The position numbers were made by a program, and so were the translations under genes. Of a stretch of DNA of 64,000 bases, positions 10,014-22,789 are shown piece after piece. The stretch spans positions 32,001-96,000 of the forward strand of contig JBBQFH010000001.1 in NCBI GenBank assembly GCA_038321865.1. Direction: 5' to 3'. The notes below the pieces were generated by a model, which saw only the letters and a list, made by a program, of their open reading frames with translations, had not been told where the DNA came from and did not search any database. Source of the DNA: Gemmatimonadales bacterium (lineage in GTDB: Bacteria; Gemmatimonadota; Gemmatimonadetes; Gemmatimonadales; GWC2-71-9). Within the stretch, counting starts at the first letter, position 1; every line of letters starts with the position of its first letter.

Positions 10014-10886
10014 CTACCTGAGTTTGGCCTGCAGCAGCGCGACGACGTCGATCGGTCGCTTCATGACTGCGATGCCCGCAGCGGCGAACGCCTCCATCTT
10101 CTCCTCGGCGGTGCCACTCGAGCCCGAAATGATAGCGCCGGCGTGACCCATCCGGCGGCCCTTCGGCGCCGTCTGACCGGCGATGAAGCCGACCACCGGC
10201 TTGGTGACGCTCGCCTTGACGAACGCCGCGGCGTGCTGCTCGTCGGTGCCGCCGATTTCACCCAGCATGACGATGGCATCGGTCCCGGCATCATCCTGGA
10301 AAGCTCCCAGGCAGTCGATGAAGTTGGTGCCGATGATCGGGTCGCCGCCGATTCCGACACAGGTGCTCTGGCCGAGCCCGTTCTTCGTGAGGTGGTTGAC
10401 CACCTCGTAGGTGAGCGTGCCGCTCCGGGATACCAGCCCCACACGGCCGGGCGCGCAGATGTTGCCGGGGATGATGCCGACCTTGCTCTGGCCCGGGGAA
10501 ATGAGGCCCGGGCAGTTGGGCCCGATCAGACGGGCGCCCTTGCTGCGCACATACGGCATGACGCGCGTCATGTCCATCACGGGGACGCCCTCGGTGATGC
10601 ACACGATCAGCCGCAGGCCCGCGTCCGCCGCCTCATAGATGGCGCCGGCGGCGCCGGCGGGCGGCACATAGATCACTGAGGTGTTGGCGCCGGTGTCGCG
10701 CACCGCATCGGCGACCGTGTTGAAGACCGGTACCTGGCCCTCGAACCGCTGGCCCCCCTTCCCCGGCGTCACGCCGGCGACGACCTGGGTGCCGTACTCC
10801 ATCATCTGCTTCGCGTGGAACGAGCCGTCCCGCCCGGTGATGCCCTGAATGACCAGCCGCGTCTCGCGATCGATGAAGATGCTCAC
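10014..10886 (-). CDS. sucD: succinyl-CoA synthetase alpha subunit
   Basis: [27 protein letters not shown]. Confidence 0.98.
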   Translation of the reverse strand: MSIFIDRETRLVIQGITGRDGSFHAKQMMEYGTQVVAGVTPGKGGQRFEGQVPVFNTVADAVRDTGANTSVIYVPPAGAAGAIYEAADAGLRLIVCITEGVPVMDMTRVMPYVRSKGARLIGPNCPGLISPGQSKVGIIPGNICAPGRVGLVSRSGTLTYEVVNHLTKNGLGQSTCVGIGGDPIIGTNFIDCLGAFQDDAGTDAIVMLGEIGGTDEQHAAAFVKASVTKPVVGFIAGQTAPKGRRMGHAGAIISGSSGTAEEKMEAFAAAGIAVMKRPIDVVALLQAKLR

Positions 10887-12022
10887 GCTGCCTCCCTGGC
10901 CAGGGCGACCACCTTCTCCACCGCCTCGTCCATGTCGTTGAGTGCCGTCATGCCGGCCGCGTTGAGGATCTTCACGGCTTCCTGTTCGTTCGTACCGGTC
11001 AGCCGGATCACCAGCGGCACCTTAAGCTGGATCTGCTTCGTCGCGGTCACGATGCCGTTGGCGACGTCATCGGTCCGGGTGATGCCGCCGAAGATGTTGA
11101 ACAGAATCGCCTTCACGTTGGGATCACTGGTGATGATCTTCAGCGCGTTGACCACCTTTTCCGGGTTCGAGCTGCCGCCGATGTCGAGAAAATTCGCCGG
11201 ATCGCCGCCGTAGTACTTGACCAGATCCTTCGTCGCCATGGCGAGCCCGGCGCCGTTCACGACGCAGCCGACGTTGCCATCGAGCTTGATGAACGTGAGG
11301 TTGGCCCGGCGGGCAGCGACTTCGCTCGGCTCCTCCGCCGACTCATCCCGCAGCGCGGCAAGATCGGGGCGCCGGTCGAGCTCGTTGTCGTCGATGATGA
11401 TCTTCGCGTCCAGCGCCAGCACCTGTCCGTCAGGCGTGGTCACAAGCGGGTTGATCTCCGCCAGCGAGGCGCCGTTGGTGGTGAACGCCTTCCAGAGCTG
11501 TTCCATGATCTTCGCCGCGGTGCGCACCTGCGCGATATCCTGATAGAGCGTAAAGGCGAGCGAGAGCGCCTGGTGCGGAAGCAGCCCATAGACGGGGTCC
11601 ACCGGGAGCCGTGTGATCTTCTCGGGTGTCGTCGCCGCGACCTCTTCGATGTCCACGCCGCCGGCCGCACTCACCATGAATACCGGGCGCTGCGTTTCAC
11701 GGTCCATGATCAGGCCGACATAGCTCTCGGTGGCGATCTGGGCCGCCGGCACCACGAGCACCTTCTGCACCGTCAGGCCCTTGATCTGCATGCCAAGGAT
11801 CCGCGATGCATGCTCCCTGGCCTCCGCCGGATTGGCCGCGAGCTTCACCCCCCCCGCCTTGCCGCGCCCGCCGACGTGCACCTGCGCCTTGATCACGACG
11901 GTGCCGCCCAAGCGCCGGGCGATGGCCTCGGCCTCGTCGGGGGTGGCAGCCACGTCGCCGTCGAACTGCGGAATGCCGACCGCCTTCAGCAGGTCGCGGG
12001 CCTGGTACTCATGCAGATTCAC
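10883..12022 (-). CDS. sucC: succinyl-CoA synthetase beta subunit
   Basis: [42 protein letters not shown]. Confidence 0.98.
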   Translation of the reverse strand: MNLHEYQARDLLKAVGIPQFDGDVAATPDEAEAIARRLGGTVVIKAQVHVGGRGKAGGVKLAANPAEAREHASRILGMQIKGLTVQKVLVVPAAQIATESYVGLIMDRETQRPVFMVSAAGGVDIEEVAATTPEKITRLPVDPVYGLLPHQALSLAFTLYQDIAQVRTAAKIMEQLWKAFTTNGASLAEINPLVTTPDGQVLALDAKIIIDDNELDRRPDLAALRDESAEEPSEVAARRANLTFIKLDGNVGCVVNGAGLAMATKDLVKYYGGDPANFLDIGGSSNPEKVVNALKIITSDPNVKAILFNIFGGITRTDDVANGIVTATKQIQLKVPLVIRLTGTNEQEAVKILNAAGMTALNDMDEAVEKVVALAREAA

Positions 12023-12960
12023 GTTTGCCTCACTATGGTGGTTCCGGTCTCGCCCCTGAGCGCCGCCGGTCCATCCGACAGGCGCGCGATCACGGCCCGC
12101 TCGCCCCCGTCTCGCACGAAACTCGCCGCGGCCTGCACCTTGGGCCGCATGCTCCCGGCCGGGAGGGCTCCGCTCTCCAGCATCTGATCAGCCTCCGCCA
12201 GCGTGAGGCGGCGGAGCGGACGCTGCCCGGGCGTGCCCCAGCCTTCGTACACGGCGTCCACGTCGGTGAGGATCAACAACACCTCGGCACCGAGCTGGCG
12301 CGCGAGGAGCGCGGCCACGAGGTCCTTGTCCACGACGGAATCGAGACCCTCGAGCCCGCGAAGCCGATCCCGATACACCGGCGGGCCGCCGCCGCCGGCG
12401 GCGATCACGATGACGCCCTCGCGAACGAGGCGCATGACCAGCGGTGCCTCGACGATCTCCTGCGGGCGGGGGCTCTTCGCCAGGCGCCGCCACTGCCCCG
12501 CGCCATCCTGGCCAATCGGAACACCCGCGGCGCGCAGGCGCTGAGCCCGGTCGGCGGAGAGAGCGTGTCCGATCGGCTTGCTCGGGGTGGCCAGCGCGGG
12601 ATCGGCGGGGTCGACCAGGGTCTGAGTGACCAGCGTGACCACGTCTCGACGGACTCCGGCCCGGGCGAGCGCGTTCTGCAGGGACTGCTGCAGCATGTAG
12701 CCGATCCAGCCGGCGGTTCCCGCCACCAGCACACCGAGCGGCAGCGGCTCCGCTACGGACTCCGCGAGCTCGTTTCTCGCGAGCTCGTCACCAACCTGCG
12801 GGCCGTTCCCGTGGACGATCGCGATCTGCCACCCGTCGCGGGCGAGTTCCACGATCGGCGCGATGCTTTCGCGGGCGTGGCGGAACTGATTCGTGATCGT
12901 CGGGCGTTCGCCCGCACGGGCCAGCGCATTTCCGCCCAGGGCGAGGACCGCCGTTCGCAT
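12019..12960 (-). CDS. arcC: carbamate kinase
   Basis: ALGGNAL, HGNGPQVG, KPIG, GGGGPPV, DKD, GSMRPKV; ATG 12960 with GGAGG at 12970-12974. Confidence 0.93.
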   Translation of the reverse strand: MRTAVLALGGNALARAGERPTITNQFRHARESIAPIVELARDGWQIAIVHGNGPQVGDELARNELAESVAEPLPLGVLVAGTAGWIGYMLQQSLQNALARAGVRRDVVTLVTQTLVDPADPALATPSKPIGHALSADRAQRLRAAGVPIGQDGAGQWRRLAKSPRPQEIVEAPLVMRLVREGVIVIAAGGGGPPVYRDRLRGLEGLDSVVDKDLVAALLARQLGAEVLLILTDVDAVYEGWGTPGQRPLRRLTLAEADQMLESGALPAGSMRPKVQAAASFVRDGGERAVIARLSDGPAALRGETGTTIVRQT

Positions 12961-13027
12961 CACGAGGCGCCTCCGCCCGGTGGCGAAAAGCGTAGCAAGG
13001 TAGCCCGCCACCGGAGGGCGAGCAAGC

Positions 13028-15466
13028 TCATCGGTGCACCGAATCGGCGCGTGCGCCGAGCGCCAGCCGCAAGGCATCGAAGGCGCGTCCGAACGCGGCC
13101 CAATCCCCCCGCCGGAGCGCCTCGTCCGCTACCCGAACCCAGCGCTGGGCCTCAGCGATCGTGCCCCCGCCGGCTCCGGGTGGGAGCGGCCCGCTTGCCC
13201 CGCGAAGGTTGTCCCAGGCCGCGCCGAGCGTGCGGCCCGCGCCCAGCCGGTCCCCCACCGCGATGGTTTCCCACGCGATCACCGGGCGCACGTCGGGCCG
13301 CACGGCGATGTGGGACTGGGTCGCTCCGATCCCGTCGGCCGCCACCCAGAGGTTCACGGGCCGGGCCTCGAGTCGCGACCCCGCCGCGGTGACGGAGTCA
13401 CGCAGCTGATCGTAGGTGGGGAACCGGTTCCACCGCGCGGAGAGGACCGCGAGTGTCGGCAGGCTCACCGCGCTGTCGATCGTGATGAGCTCCAGCCGGT
13501 CACGCCCGGAATCAGCGCGGCCGCGCAGGACCGAGGCGATCCTCCGCCCGCCCCGGTGGAACGCGGCCAGCAGCTCGATGCCGCCGCCATCGGCACGCCA
13601 GGCGACCTGCGGCTGCGCCGGATCGAGCGGGTTCTCGGCCGACCGCGCCGCCAGCGTCCCCGGGCCACCGGCCGTGCGTTCCAGCGTGAGCGCCTGCAGG
13701 CGGAACAGGTCCGCCGGATAGCGTTGCACCGCCGCGACCGCCGGAGGCAGGGCGCCCGGGTCCTCGATCAGCCCGCCGGCCATGGCGGTCCATGCTGCCG
13801 CCAGCGGACCGCCGCCGCTCCGCTGGTAGATATGCGTCTCGCCGGACTCGGCATCCACCGTTCCGAGATATCCCGCGCGGACGCTGCTGGACACGCCCTT
13901 GCGCCACTCCAGGGGCTCCGCCAACGGAAACGTCTCCGTGGACACGTAGCCGTCGGCGAGCCAGAGCAACCGCCCACCGACGATCGCGGCCCACGCCGAT
14001 GACCACTGCGCGAACGGCGCCAGCCTCGTGAGCCGATCGCCGGGCTCGCGGTGCCACGCCACCCGGTCGCCCTCCGGTACGCTTCCGAGCAGCTCGGGCG
14101 CCTGCAGCGCCCACGCCAGCAAGATCCGGCGCAGCGCGCCGCCGAGCTCCGGACCGGACGCCGCCGAGTCCAGGTCATACGGCGCGGCGCCCGGCCGCAC
14201 GGCATGACGGGAGACGTCCAGAAACGGATACGGCGTCGGATACGCGACTGAATCACCGCCGCGGTAGTACAGCGGTCCGCCCGCCGCGGTCAGCCGATCA
14301 TCCGCGAGGGCGACGATGCCGGCGGTCTGACTGGTCGCGCGAAGCACGAGCCAGACCGGGTGAATCTCGCCGCCGGCGCTGATCAGCCCCGCGTCGGTTG
14401 CCACGACCGATCGGGTGTCCTGGGCGACGGCACGCGGCGCGCTGCCCGCGTCCCATCGCGGCGTCCAGCGGGCCGGCGCGGCCGACAGTCCGGCGCGCAC
14501 ATCCGCCACGACCCCGTCGGTGCCGAAGGCCACCTCGCCGAAGTGCCGGGAAACCGAGGGACTGACGGCGGGCGTATCGCTCCGCGGACCGAAGAGTGGG
14601 AGCAGCCGATGTCCGCCAACACTGGCGATCAGCAGGACCACCCAGCCTGCGGCGGCGAGCGCGTGCCGAGGGCGCAGCGCCCAAAGCGCCGAAAGCACCG
14701 CCACCATCAAAGCGGTGCCGGCGAGTGCCGGAGCCACCAGGGTCGTCAGATCGAAGAGCTGCCGCGACGGCACGCCGTTGGCTGCGGCTACCAGCTCATA
14801 CGGCTCCAGCAGGTAGCCCCAGGCGAGACACGCGGCGAGGGCGCAGAGGAGCCAGCCGATGTGGGCGCGCGCATGGTCGTTGATCGCCACTCGCCCGCCC
14901 AGCATGCGCACCGCGCCGATCACGGCATAGAGGGCGATGACGGCGGAGAGCGCCACGAGCACCGACCGGAGGGTGAATGCATGCAGCGCGCGCCAGAGCG
15001 GCAGCTGGGCGACGTAGAAGCCGGCATCGAGGTTCAGCAGCGGCTCGACGAGTCCGTAGCTCACGCCCCGCCATGCGAGCGCCACCGTGGGCCAGTACTG
15101 CGACGAATCGAGGCCGACCAGCAGTCCGAGGATGAGTCCCACGCCGACCGCGCCGGAGACCAGGAGCCCGGGCGTCACCGTTTCGCGGATCTCGAGGTTC
15201 CCGACGTGCCGAGGCACCTGCACCGATCCGACGGCCCGGGTGACGAACAGGAGATTTCCCACGAACCACGCCGTCGCGCACAGCACGCCGGCCACGTCGA
15301 GGGCGAGCTGAAGGAGGTTGAGCCGGGTGAGGAATTCGGATGCCGCAGGCGACACTTGCGCCGCCCACCACCGCTCCGCGAGGAACGCGGCCATCCAGCG
15401 TCCCGCGAACAGCAGGAGCGCGACGGTGGCGAGCGCGAGGGCGAGGCGACTCCGGCGCGACAGCAC
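13028..15466 (-). CDS. UPF0182 (COG1615) family membrane protein, divergent
   Basis: N-terminal TM helices with EPLLNLDAGFYVAQLP; APF...GRLLWLADGY...GTVDAESG, RYPADLFRLQA; C-terminal ALRRGDWAAFGRAFDAL; GTG start inferred. Confidence 0.8.
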   Translation of the reverse strand: MLSRRSRLALALATVALLLFAGRWMAAFLAERWWAAQVSPAASEFLTRLNLLQLALDVAGVLCATAWFVGNLLFVTRAVGSVQVPRHVGNLEIRETVTPGLLVSGAVGVGLILGLLVGLDSSQYWPTVALAWRGVSYGLVEPLLNLDAGFYVAQLPLWRALHAFTLRSVLVALSAVIALYAVIGAVRMLGGRVAINDHARAHIGWLLCALAACLAWGYLLEPYELVAAANGVPSRQLFDLTTLVAPALAGTALMVAVLSALWALRPRHALAAAGWVVLLIASVGGHRLLPLFGPRSDTPAVSPSVSRHFGEVAFGTDGVVADVRAGLSAAPARWTPRWDAGSAPRAVAQDTRSVVATDAGLISAGGEIHPVWLVLRATSQTAGIVALADDRLTAAGGPLYYRGGDSVAYPTPYPFLDVSRHAVRPGAAPYDLDSAASGPELGGALRRILLAWALQAPELLGSVPEGDRVAWHREPGDRLTRLAPFAQWSSAWAAIVGGRLLWLADGYVSTETFPLAEPLEWRKGVSSSVRAGYLGTVDAESGETHIYQRSGGGPLAAAWTAMAGGLIEDPGALPPAVAAVQRYPADLFRLQALTLERTAGGPGTLAARSAENPLDPAQPQVAWRADGGGIELLAAFHRGGRRIASVLRGRADSGRDRLELITIDSAVSLPTLAVLSARWNRFPTYDQLRDSVTAAGSRLEARPVNLWVAADGIGATQSHIAVRPDVRPVIAWETIAVGDRLGAGRTLGAAWDNLRGASGPLPPGAGGGTIAEAQRWVRVADEALRRGDWAAFGRAFDALRLALGARADSVHR

Positions 15467-15470
15467 CGCG

Positions 15471-16841
15471 CTACGCCCGGATGCCCTGCTCCGCGAGCCA
15501 GCCCATGACCTCGGACCGATAGGTGTCGAGTTCCGCCTCGGTCTCGGCTTCGAAGCGAAGGACGACGATCGGCTGGGTATTCGACGCGCGGAGCAGGCCC
15601 CAGCCATGGGGAAACGTCATGCGAACGCCGTCGATCGTGTTGACCGGGTAGCGCTCGCCGAAGTAGGTGGCGGCCCGCGCCACAAGCGCAAATTTTTCGT
15701 CATCCGGACAATCGACCCTCATCTCCGGAGTCGCCGCGGTCCGGGGAAGGTCGGCGAGCAGACGGGCGATGCCGACGGCACCGCGGGACACGATCTCGAG
15801 CAGCCGGGCGGCGGCAAACAGGGCGTCGTCGAATCCGAAATAATCGCCGCCGAAAAAGATGTGCCCGCTCATTTCACCGGCCAGCGGCGCATCGAGCTCC
15901 TTCATCCTGGCCTTGATCAGGGAGTGCCCCGTCTTCCACATCACCGGCTTGGCCCCCGCCTTCGTGAGCGCCGCCGGCAGGACCTCCGAGCACTTCACGT
16001 CGAAGATGACCGGCGTGTCCTTGCCGAACCGCTGCACCGCGTCGCGGCCGAAGATGACCATCAGCTGGTCGCCGAAGAGGATCTCCCCGGTCTCGTCGAC
16101 GGCGCCGATGCGATCGCCATCGCCATCAAACGCGATACCAAGCTCGGCGCCCTCCCGGCGGACCGCCGCCTGAAGGTCGCGGAGATTCACCGGCACGGTC
16201 GGATCAGGATGATGGTTGGGAAAGGTCCCGTCGGACTCGCAGAAGAGTCCGGTGACCTCAGCGCCCATCCCCTGCAGCGTCTGCACCGCGATCAGACTCG
16301 CGACGCCGTTGCCGCAGTCCACGACGACACGCACCGGCCGGTCGAGGTGGTTGCGGGCGAGGATGGCGTCACGGTAGCGCCCCAGGATCGAGCTGTCGGC
16401 GCGCTCGGAGCCGGCGCCCTCTCGCCACTGCTCGGTGACGATCGATTCCCACAGCGCGACTATGCCGGCACCGTGCATCGGGTCACCCCCGAGCACCAGC
16501 TTGAAGCCGTTGAACTCGGGCGGGTTGTGCGATCCTGTCACCTGACAGCCACCGTCTACCTCGAGCATATGCACGGCGAAATACAACGCGGGCGTCGGCA
16601 GCATTCCGACATCGACCGCTGTGCCGCCCGCCGCCGCGACGCCCTGGCGGAACGCGTCTGCGAGTGCGCCGCCGGAAGGCCGGTTGTCCCGCCCCACCGC
16701 GATGATCGGGGCGCGGTTGAGCGCGCTCCAACCGGCGGTCGCGAACGCCTGGCCCAGCGCGCGGGCGAACTCAGGCGTCAGTTCGGAGCCGACCAGGCCC
16801 CGAACGTCGTATTCGCGGAAGATCGACCTGGGGACGTTCAT
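15471..16841 (-). CDS. phosphomannomutase/phosphoglucomutase (AlgC type)
   Basis: IFREYDVRG, TGSHNP, FDGDGDR, GEMSGH, RASNTQP. Confidence 0.95.
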   Translation of the reverse strand: MNVPRSIFREYDVRGLVGSELTPEFARALGQAFATAGWSALNRAPIIAVGRDNRPSGGALADAFRQGVAAAGGTAVDVGMLPTPALYFAVHMLEVDGGCQVTGSHNPPEFNGFKLVLGGDPMHGAGIVALWESIVTEQWREGAGSERADSSILGRYRDAILARNHLDRPVRVVVDCGNGVASLIAVQTLQGMGAEVTGLFCESDGTFPNHHPDPTVPVNLRDLQAAVRREGAELGIAFDGDGDRIGAVDETGEILFGDQLMVIFGRDAVQRFGKDTPVIFDVKCSEVLPAALTKAGAKPVMWKTGHSLIKARMKELDAPLAGEMSGHIFFGGDYFGFDDALFAAARLLEIVSRGAVGIARLLADLPRTAATPEMRVDCPDDEKFALVARAATYFGERYPVNTIDGVRMTFPHGWGLLRASNTQPIVVLRFEAETEAELDTYRSEVMGWLAEQGIRA

Positions 16842-16842
16842 C

Positions 16843-18351
16843 CTACTTGACCGGAACCGCCGGCCGAGGCGCTTCGGACAGGCTGGCCCCGCTGCGAAGC
16901 ACACCGTTGATCGCGGGGGCGGGCCAGAGCCCGAACAGCGCGACCGCGGCGACCGTCACCGCGACCGCGACCGCCGCGGGTCGCAGCAGGCGGCTCCGTC
17001 CCGCCAGCCCGTCCTCGGCACGGGCCGGCTGCATGTACATCGCCATGATGACCGGCAGGTAGTACCCGGCGGATACCACGCTGCTCAGCACCAGCACGAC
17101 CGGCAGAATGAAGTGACGCTCCGCGATCACGGACTGGAGGATGTACCACTTGCCGATGAAGCCGAACGTGCCCGGGAAGCCGAAGAGCGACAGCATGCAG
17201 ATGGTGAGCGCGAAGGCGGTCCACGGGCGCCTGCTCGCGAGACCGGCGATGTCGTCGTTGGTGACATCGCGCTCGCCCCCTTCGCCGAGCGTCCCCAAGA
17301 TCCCGAACGCGGCCAGCGTCGTGAGGCCGTAGGCGAAGAGGTAGAGCAGCACCGATCCGGCACCGAAACGGGTGCCCGGCCACACCGCCACCAGCAGATA
17401 GCCGGCGTGGGCCACGGAACTGTAGGCCAGCATTCGCTTCATCGATCGCTCACTGAGCGCGATCAGGTTCCCCACGACCATCGTCGCGATCGCGAGGACC
17501 GCCACGACCGGCTGCCACAGGCTCATCGCGGACGGGAAGGCCTCCATCAGCACCCGCGTGAGCGAGAGGAACGCGGCGGCCTTGACGCCGGTCGCCATGA
17601 GGCCGGTGATCGGTGTCGGCGACCCGTCGTAGACATCGGGGGCCCACATGTGAAAGGGCACCGCGGCCACCTTGAATGCGAAGCCGATCAGGAGCAGGGC
17701 CAGCCCGAGCTTGGCCATCAGCGGCGTCGGCCCGCCCGCCAGCTGCGCGCCGATGAGCTGCAGGTTGGTGCTGCCGGTGGCGCCGTAGACCAGCGCGATC
17801 CCATACAGCAGGAACCCGGAGGCGAACGCGCCGATCAGGAAGTACTTCAGTGCGGCCTCAGCCGAAAAGATGCTGCGACGGTCGAAGCCGGCCAGCACAT
17901 AGACCGCGACGGACATCACCTCGAGGCCGAGGAACACGACGATGAGGTCTTCGGCGCCGGCGAGAAACATCATCCCCACCGTCGCGAGTAGAATGAGCAC
18001 GTAGTACTCAGGGGCCAGAATGCGCTCGCGTTCGACGTAGGCGAGCGACAGCAGTACCGTCACGACCGACGCGATGAGAACGATGGCGTTGCCGGCGAAG
18101 CGAAAACCGTCCACCGCCACCATCTGGGGCAGTCCGTCGGGCGCTGCCCCGGCAGCCCAGAGCCAGGCTTGCGCCGCGCCGGCGGCGAGCAGGCCGATCA
18201 GGCTGAGCCAGCCCGCCAGGCGGCTGTCGGCCGCGGTCTCGTGACGCCAGGCGACGACGAGCAGCACCACCAGCGCCCAGGCCGACAGGACGACCTCCGG
18301 CAGCAGCGCGATCGTCACGCCCATCGGGGTGGTCATGTCCAGCGGGCTCAT
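16843..18351 (-). CDS. nuoN: NADH-quinone oxidoreductase subunit N
   Basis: EAALKYF, FKVAAVPFHMWAPDVYDG, KRMLAYSS; last gene of the nuo operon. Confidence 0.95.
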   Translation of the reverse strand: MSPLDMTTPMGVTIALLPEVVLSAWALVVLLVVAWRHETAADSRLAGWLSLIGLLAAGAAQAWLWAAGAAPDGLPQMVAVDGFRFAGNAIVLIASVVTVLLSLAYVERERILAPEYYVLILLATVGMMFLAGAEDLIVVFLGLEVMSVAVYVLAGFDRRSIFSAEAALKYFLIGAFASGFLLYGIALVYGATGSTNLQLIGAQLAGGPTPLMAKLGLALLLIGFAFKVAAVPFHMWAPDVYDGSPTPITGLMATGVKAAAFLSLTRVLMEAFPSAMSLWQPVVAVLAIATMVVGNLIALSERSMKRMLAYSSVAHAGYLLVAVWPGTRFGAGSVLLYLFAYGLTTLAAFGILGTLGEGGERDVTNDDIAGLASRRPWTAFALTICMLSLFGFPGTFGFIGKWYILQSVIAERHFILPVVLVLSSVVSAGYYLPVIMAMYMQPARAEDGLAGRSRLLRPAAVAVAVTVAAVALFGLWPAPAINGVLRSGASLSEAPRPAVPVK

Positions 18352-19898
18352 GGTCGAACCGCCGCGACCGGCTGAGTGGCTGGCAATGCGGCCGGCTGCG
18401 TCGTGATCTCGACGAACCGGCGCGCGGCCGGCTCCATGCGTCGGAGCACCGGGCCGGGAAAGAGACCGAGCCAGACCATCCCGGCAACCAGCGGCAGCAG
18501 CACGAGCAGCTCGCGGGGGTTAAGGTCACGCAGCGTCTGGTTTTCCGGGTTGTCGAGCCGGTTGAACAGGACGCGCTGGACGGCCCAGAGCATGTAGGCG
18601 GCGGCGAAGATCACCCCGCTGGTCGCGATGACGGTCGCCGTGCGGTGGGTGCCAAAGCTGCCGAGCAGGACCAGGAATTCCCCGATGAATCCGTTGAGCC
18701 CCGGAAGCCCGATCGAGGACAGCGCCACCAGCGTCAGGATCAGGCCGAACACGGGAACCACGCGCGCAATGCCGCCGTACGCCGAAATCTCCCGTGTGTG
18801 GCGCCGTTCGTAGAGCATGCCGATCAGGAAGAAGAGTGCCCCGGTCGAGAGCCCGTGACCGATCATCACCATGAGCGCACCCTGCACCCCCTGCACCGTC
18901 CCGCTCCAGATTCCCAGCATGACGAAGCCGAGGTGGCTGACGGAGGAATACGCCACCAGCTTCTTGAAGTCCGGCTGGACCATCGCGACCAGCGCGCCGT
19001 AGATGATGCCGATCACCGCGAGCACCACGACCAGCCGGCTGACCGCGGGACTGAGGGCCACCGCGGGGAAAAACGGCACCGCAAAGCGGAGGAAGCCGTA
19101 GGTGCCGATCTTGAGGAGCACGCTCGCCAGCAGTACGCTGCCGGCGGTCGGCGCCTCGACGTGGGCGTCGGGCAGCCAGGTGTGGAGCGGGAAGATGGGC
19201 ACCTTGATGGCGAACGCGAGCGCGAACGCCGCGAAGATCCATGGCGCGGCGGATCCGATCTCCCCGGCATGCGCGAGAAGGTGATCGTAGGAGAACGAGA
19301 GCACGCCGCTGACGGCCGCAACCTTCCACACCATGACCAGGATCGCCACCAGCATCAGCAGCGAGCCGAAGATCGTATAGAGAAAAAACTTGATCGCCGC
19401 GTAAAGGCGGTTGGCGCCGCCCCAGATCCCGATCAGGAAGTACATCGGGATCAGCACGAGCTCGAAGAAGACGTAGAAGACGAAGAGATCGGTGGCGATG
19501 AAGCACCCGACCATACCGACCGCCTGTGCGAGCAGCAGCGCGTAGTAGGCCCGCTGGTGCTTCGTGATGTACGTGAAGCTGGAGAGCACGGCGAGCGGCA
19601 TCAGCCCGGTCGACAGCAGCACCATGAACAGGCTGATCCCGTCAAGACCAACACTGTAGTTGACGCCGAATCTCGGGATCCAGGGCACCGACGACGCCAG
19701 CTGCATTCCGGCCGCCGGCACGAACGCCCACCAGAGCCCGAGCGAGATGATGAACTCGGCAACGGTGACCACCAGGGCGATGCGCCGTGCCGCGGCGACC
19801 GGCGCCAGCAGGATCGGCACGATGCCGGCCAGGGGCAGCAGGATGAGGGCGTGCAGCGCCCACTGCGAATACGCGATCGAGCGGAGGAAGTCGCTCAT
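18348..19898 (-). CDS. nuoM: NADH-quinone oxidoreductase subunit M
   Basis: FYVFFELVLIPMY, KVPIFPLHTWLPDAHVEAPT, KKLVAYSSVSH. Confidence 0.96.
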   Translation of the reverse strand: MSDFLRSIAYSQWALHALILLPLAGIVPILLAPVAAARRIALVVTVAEFIISLGLWWAFVPAAGMQLASSVPWIPRFGVNYSVGLDGISLFMVLLSTGLMPLAVLSSFTYITKHQRAYYALLLAQAVGMVGCFIATDLFVFYVFFELVLIPMYFLIGIWGGANRLYAAIKFFLYTIFGSLLMLVAILVMVWKVAAVSGVLSFSYDHLLAHAGEIGSAAPWIFAAFALAFAIKVPIFPLHTWLPDAHVEAPTAGSVLLASVLLKIGTYGFLRFAVPFFPAVALSPAVSRLVVVLAVIGIIYGALVAMVQPDFKKLVAYSSVSHLGFVMLGIWSGTVQGVQGALMVMIGHGLSTGALFFLIGMLYERRHTREISAYGGIARVVPVFGLILTLVALSSIGLPGLNGFIGEFLVLLGSFGTHRTATVIATSGVIFAAAYMLWAVQRVLFNRLDNPENQTLRDLNPRELLVLLPLVAGMVWLGLFPGPVLRRMEPAARRFVEITTQPAALPATQPVAAVRP

Positions 19899-19905
19899 CG
19901 TGCTG

Positions 19906-21926
<2,021 letters not shown>

Positions 21927-21927
<1 letters not shown>

Positions 21928-22235
21928 CAGCCCTGCAGGAGGTTGATGTTCGCCAGATCGACCGACTGACGATGGCGAAAGATCGCCAGGATGATCGCGA
22001 GCCCGACCGCGGCCTCCGCGGCCGCGACCGTCATGACGAAGAAGACCATGACCCAGCCGCCCACGCCGTGAACCTGCGCCAGCGCCACGAATGTGAGGTT
22101 GACCGCGTTCAGCATGATCTCGACGCACATGAAGAGCACGATCGCATTGCGTCGCAGCAGCACGCCGGCCACGCCGAGGCTGAAGAGAATCGCGCTGAGG
22201 CCGAGCGATGGGCCGAGGAACCTGACCGATTCCAT
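21927..22235 (-). CDS. nuoK: NADH-quinone oxidoreductase subunit K
   Basis: [30 protein letters not shown]. Confidence 0.96.
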
Positions 22236-22789
22236 CAGATCCTCCGTTTGGCGAGCACGACCGCCCCGACGAGCGCCGCCAGCAACAGGATCGAGGTGAT
22301 TTCGAACGGCACCAGGTATACCCGGAACAGCGGCTCCGCGATGCTCTGCACCAGGTTCTGCGACGCCGCCCGTTGCAGCGCGGCACCGGCCGGGAACGCC
22401 GCCGCCACGTCGGTGGTGCCCGCCAGGTGCGTCACTTCCGATGCCAGTCGTTGGGGCGTATAGCGCCAGATCGCCGTGAGCTCGATCGCAAGCAGGCCCA
22501 CCACGACCAGCGAGGCTGCGATCGAGGATGGCCCCCGGAGATCGTTCGTCTTGTGTCCCAGGTTCAGCAGCATCACCAGGAACAGGAACAACACGAGCAC
22601 GGCACCCACGTAGACGAGCACCTGGAGGGCACCGATCAGTTCGGCGTTCAGGATCACGTAGATTGCGGCGAGCGAGAACATGGTGGACATCAGCCAGATC
22701 GCCGACACCACGGGGCTCCGCTGCAGAATGCACATCGCCGCACCCAGCACGGCCACGGTAGCGAACAGATAGAAGACGAAGGATTCCAT
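22235..22789 (-). CDS. nuoJ: NADH-quinone oxidoreductase subunit J
   Basis: [36 protein letters not shown]. Confidence 0.95.
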   Translation of the reverse strand: MESFVFYLFATVAVLGAAMCILQRSPVVSAIWLMSTMFSLAAIYVILNAELIGALQVLVYVGAVLVLFLFLVMLLNLGHKTNDLRGPSSIAASLVVVGLLAIELTAIWRYTPQRLASEVTHLAGTTDVAAAFPAGAALQRAASQNLVQSIAEPLFRVYLVPFEITSILLLAALVGAVVLAKRRI

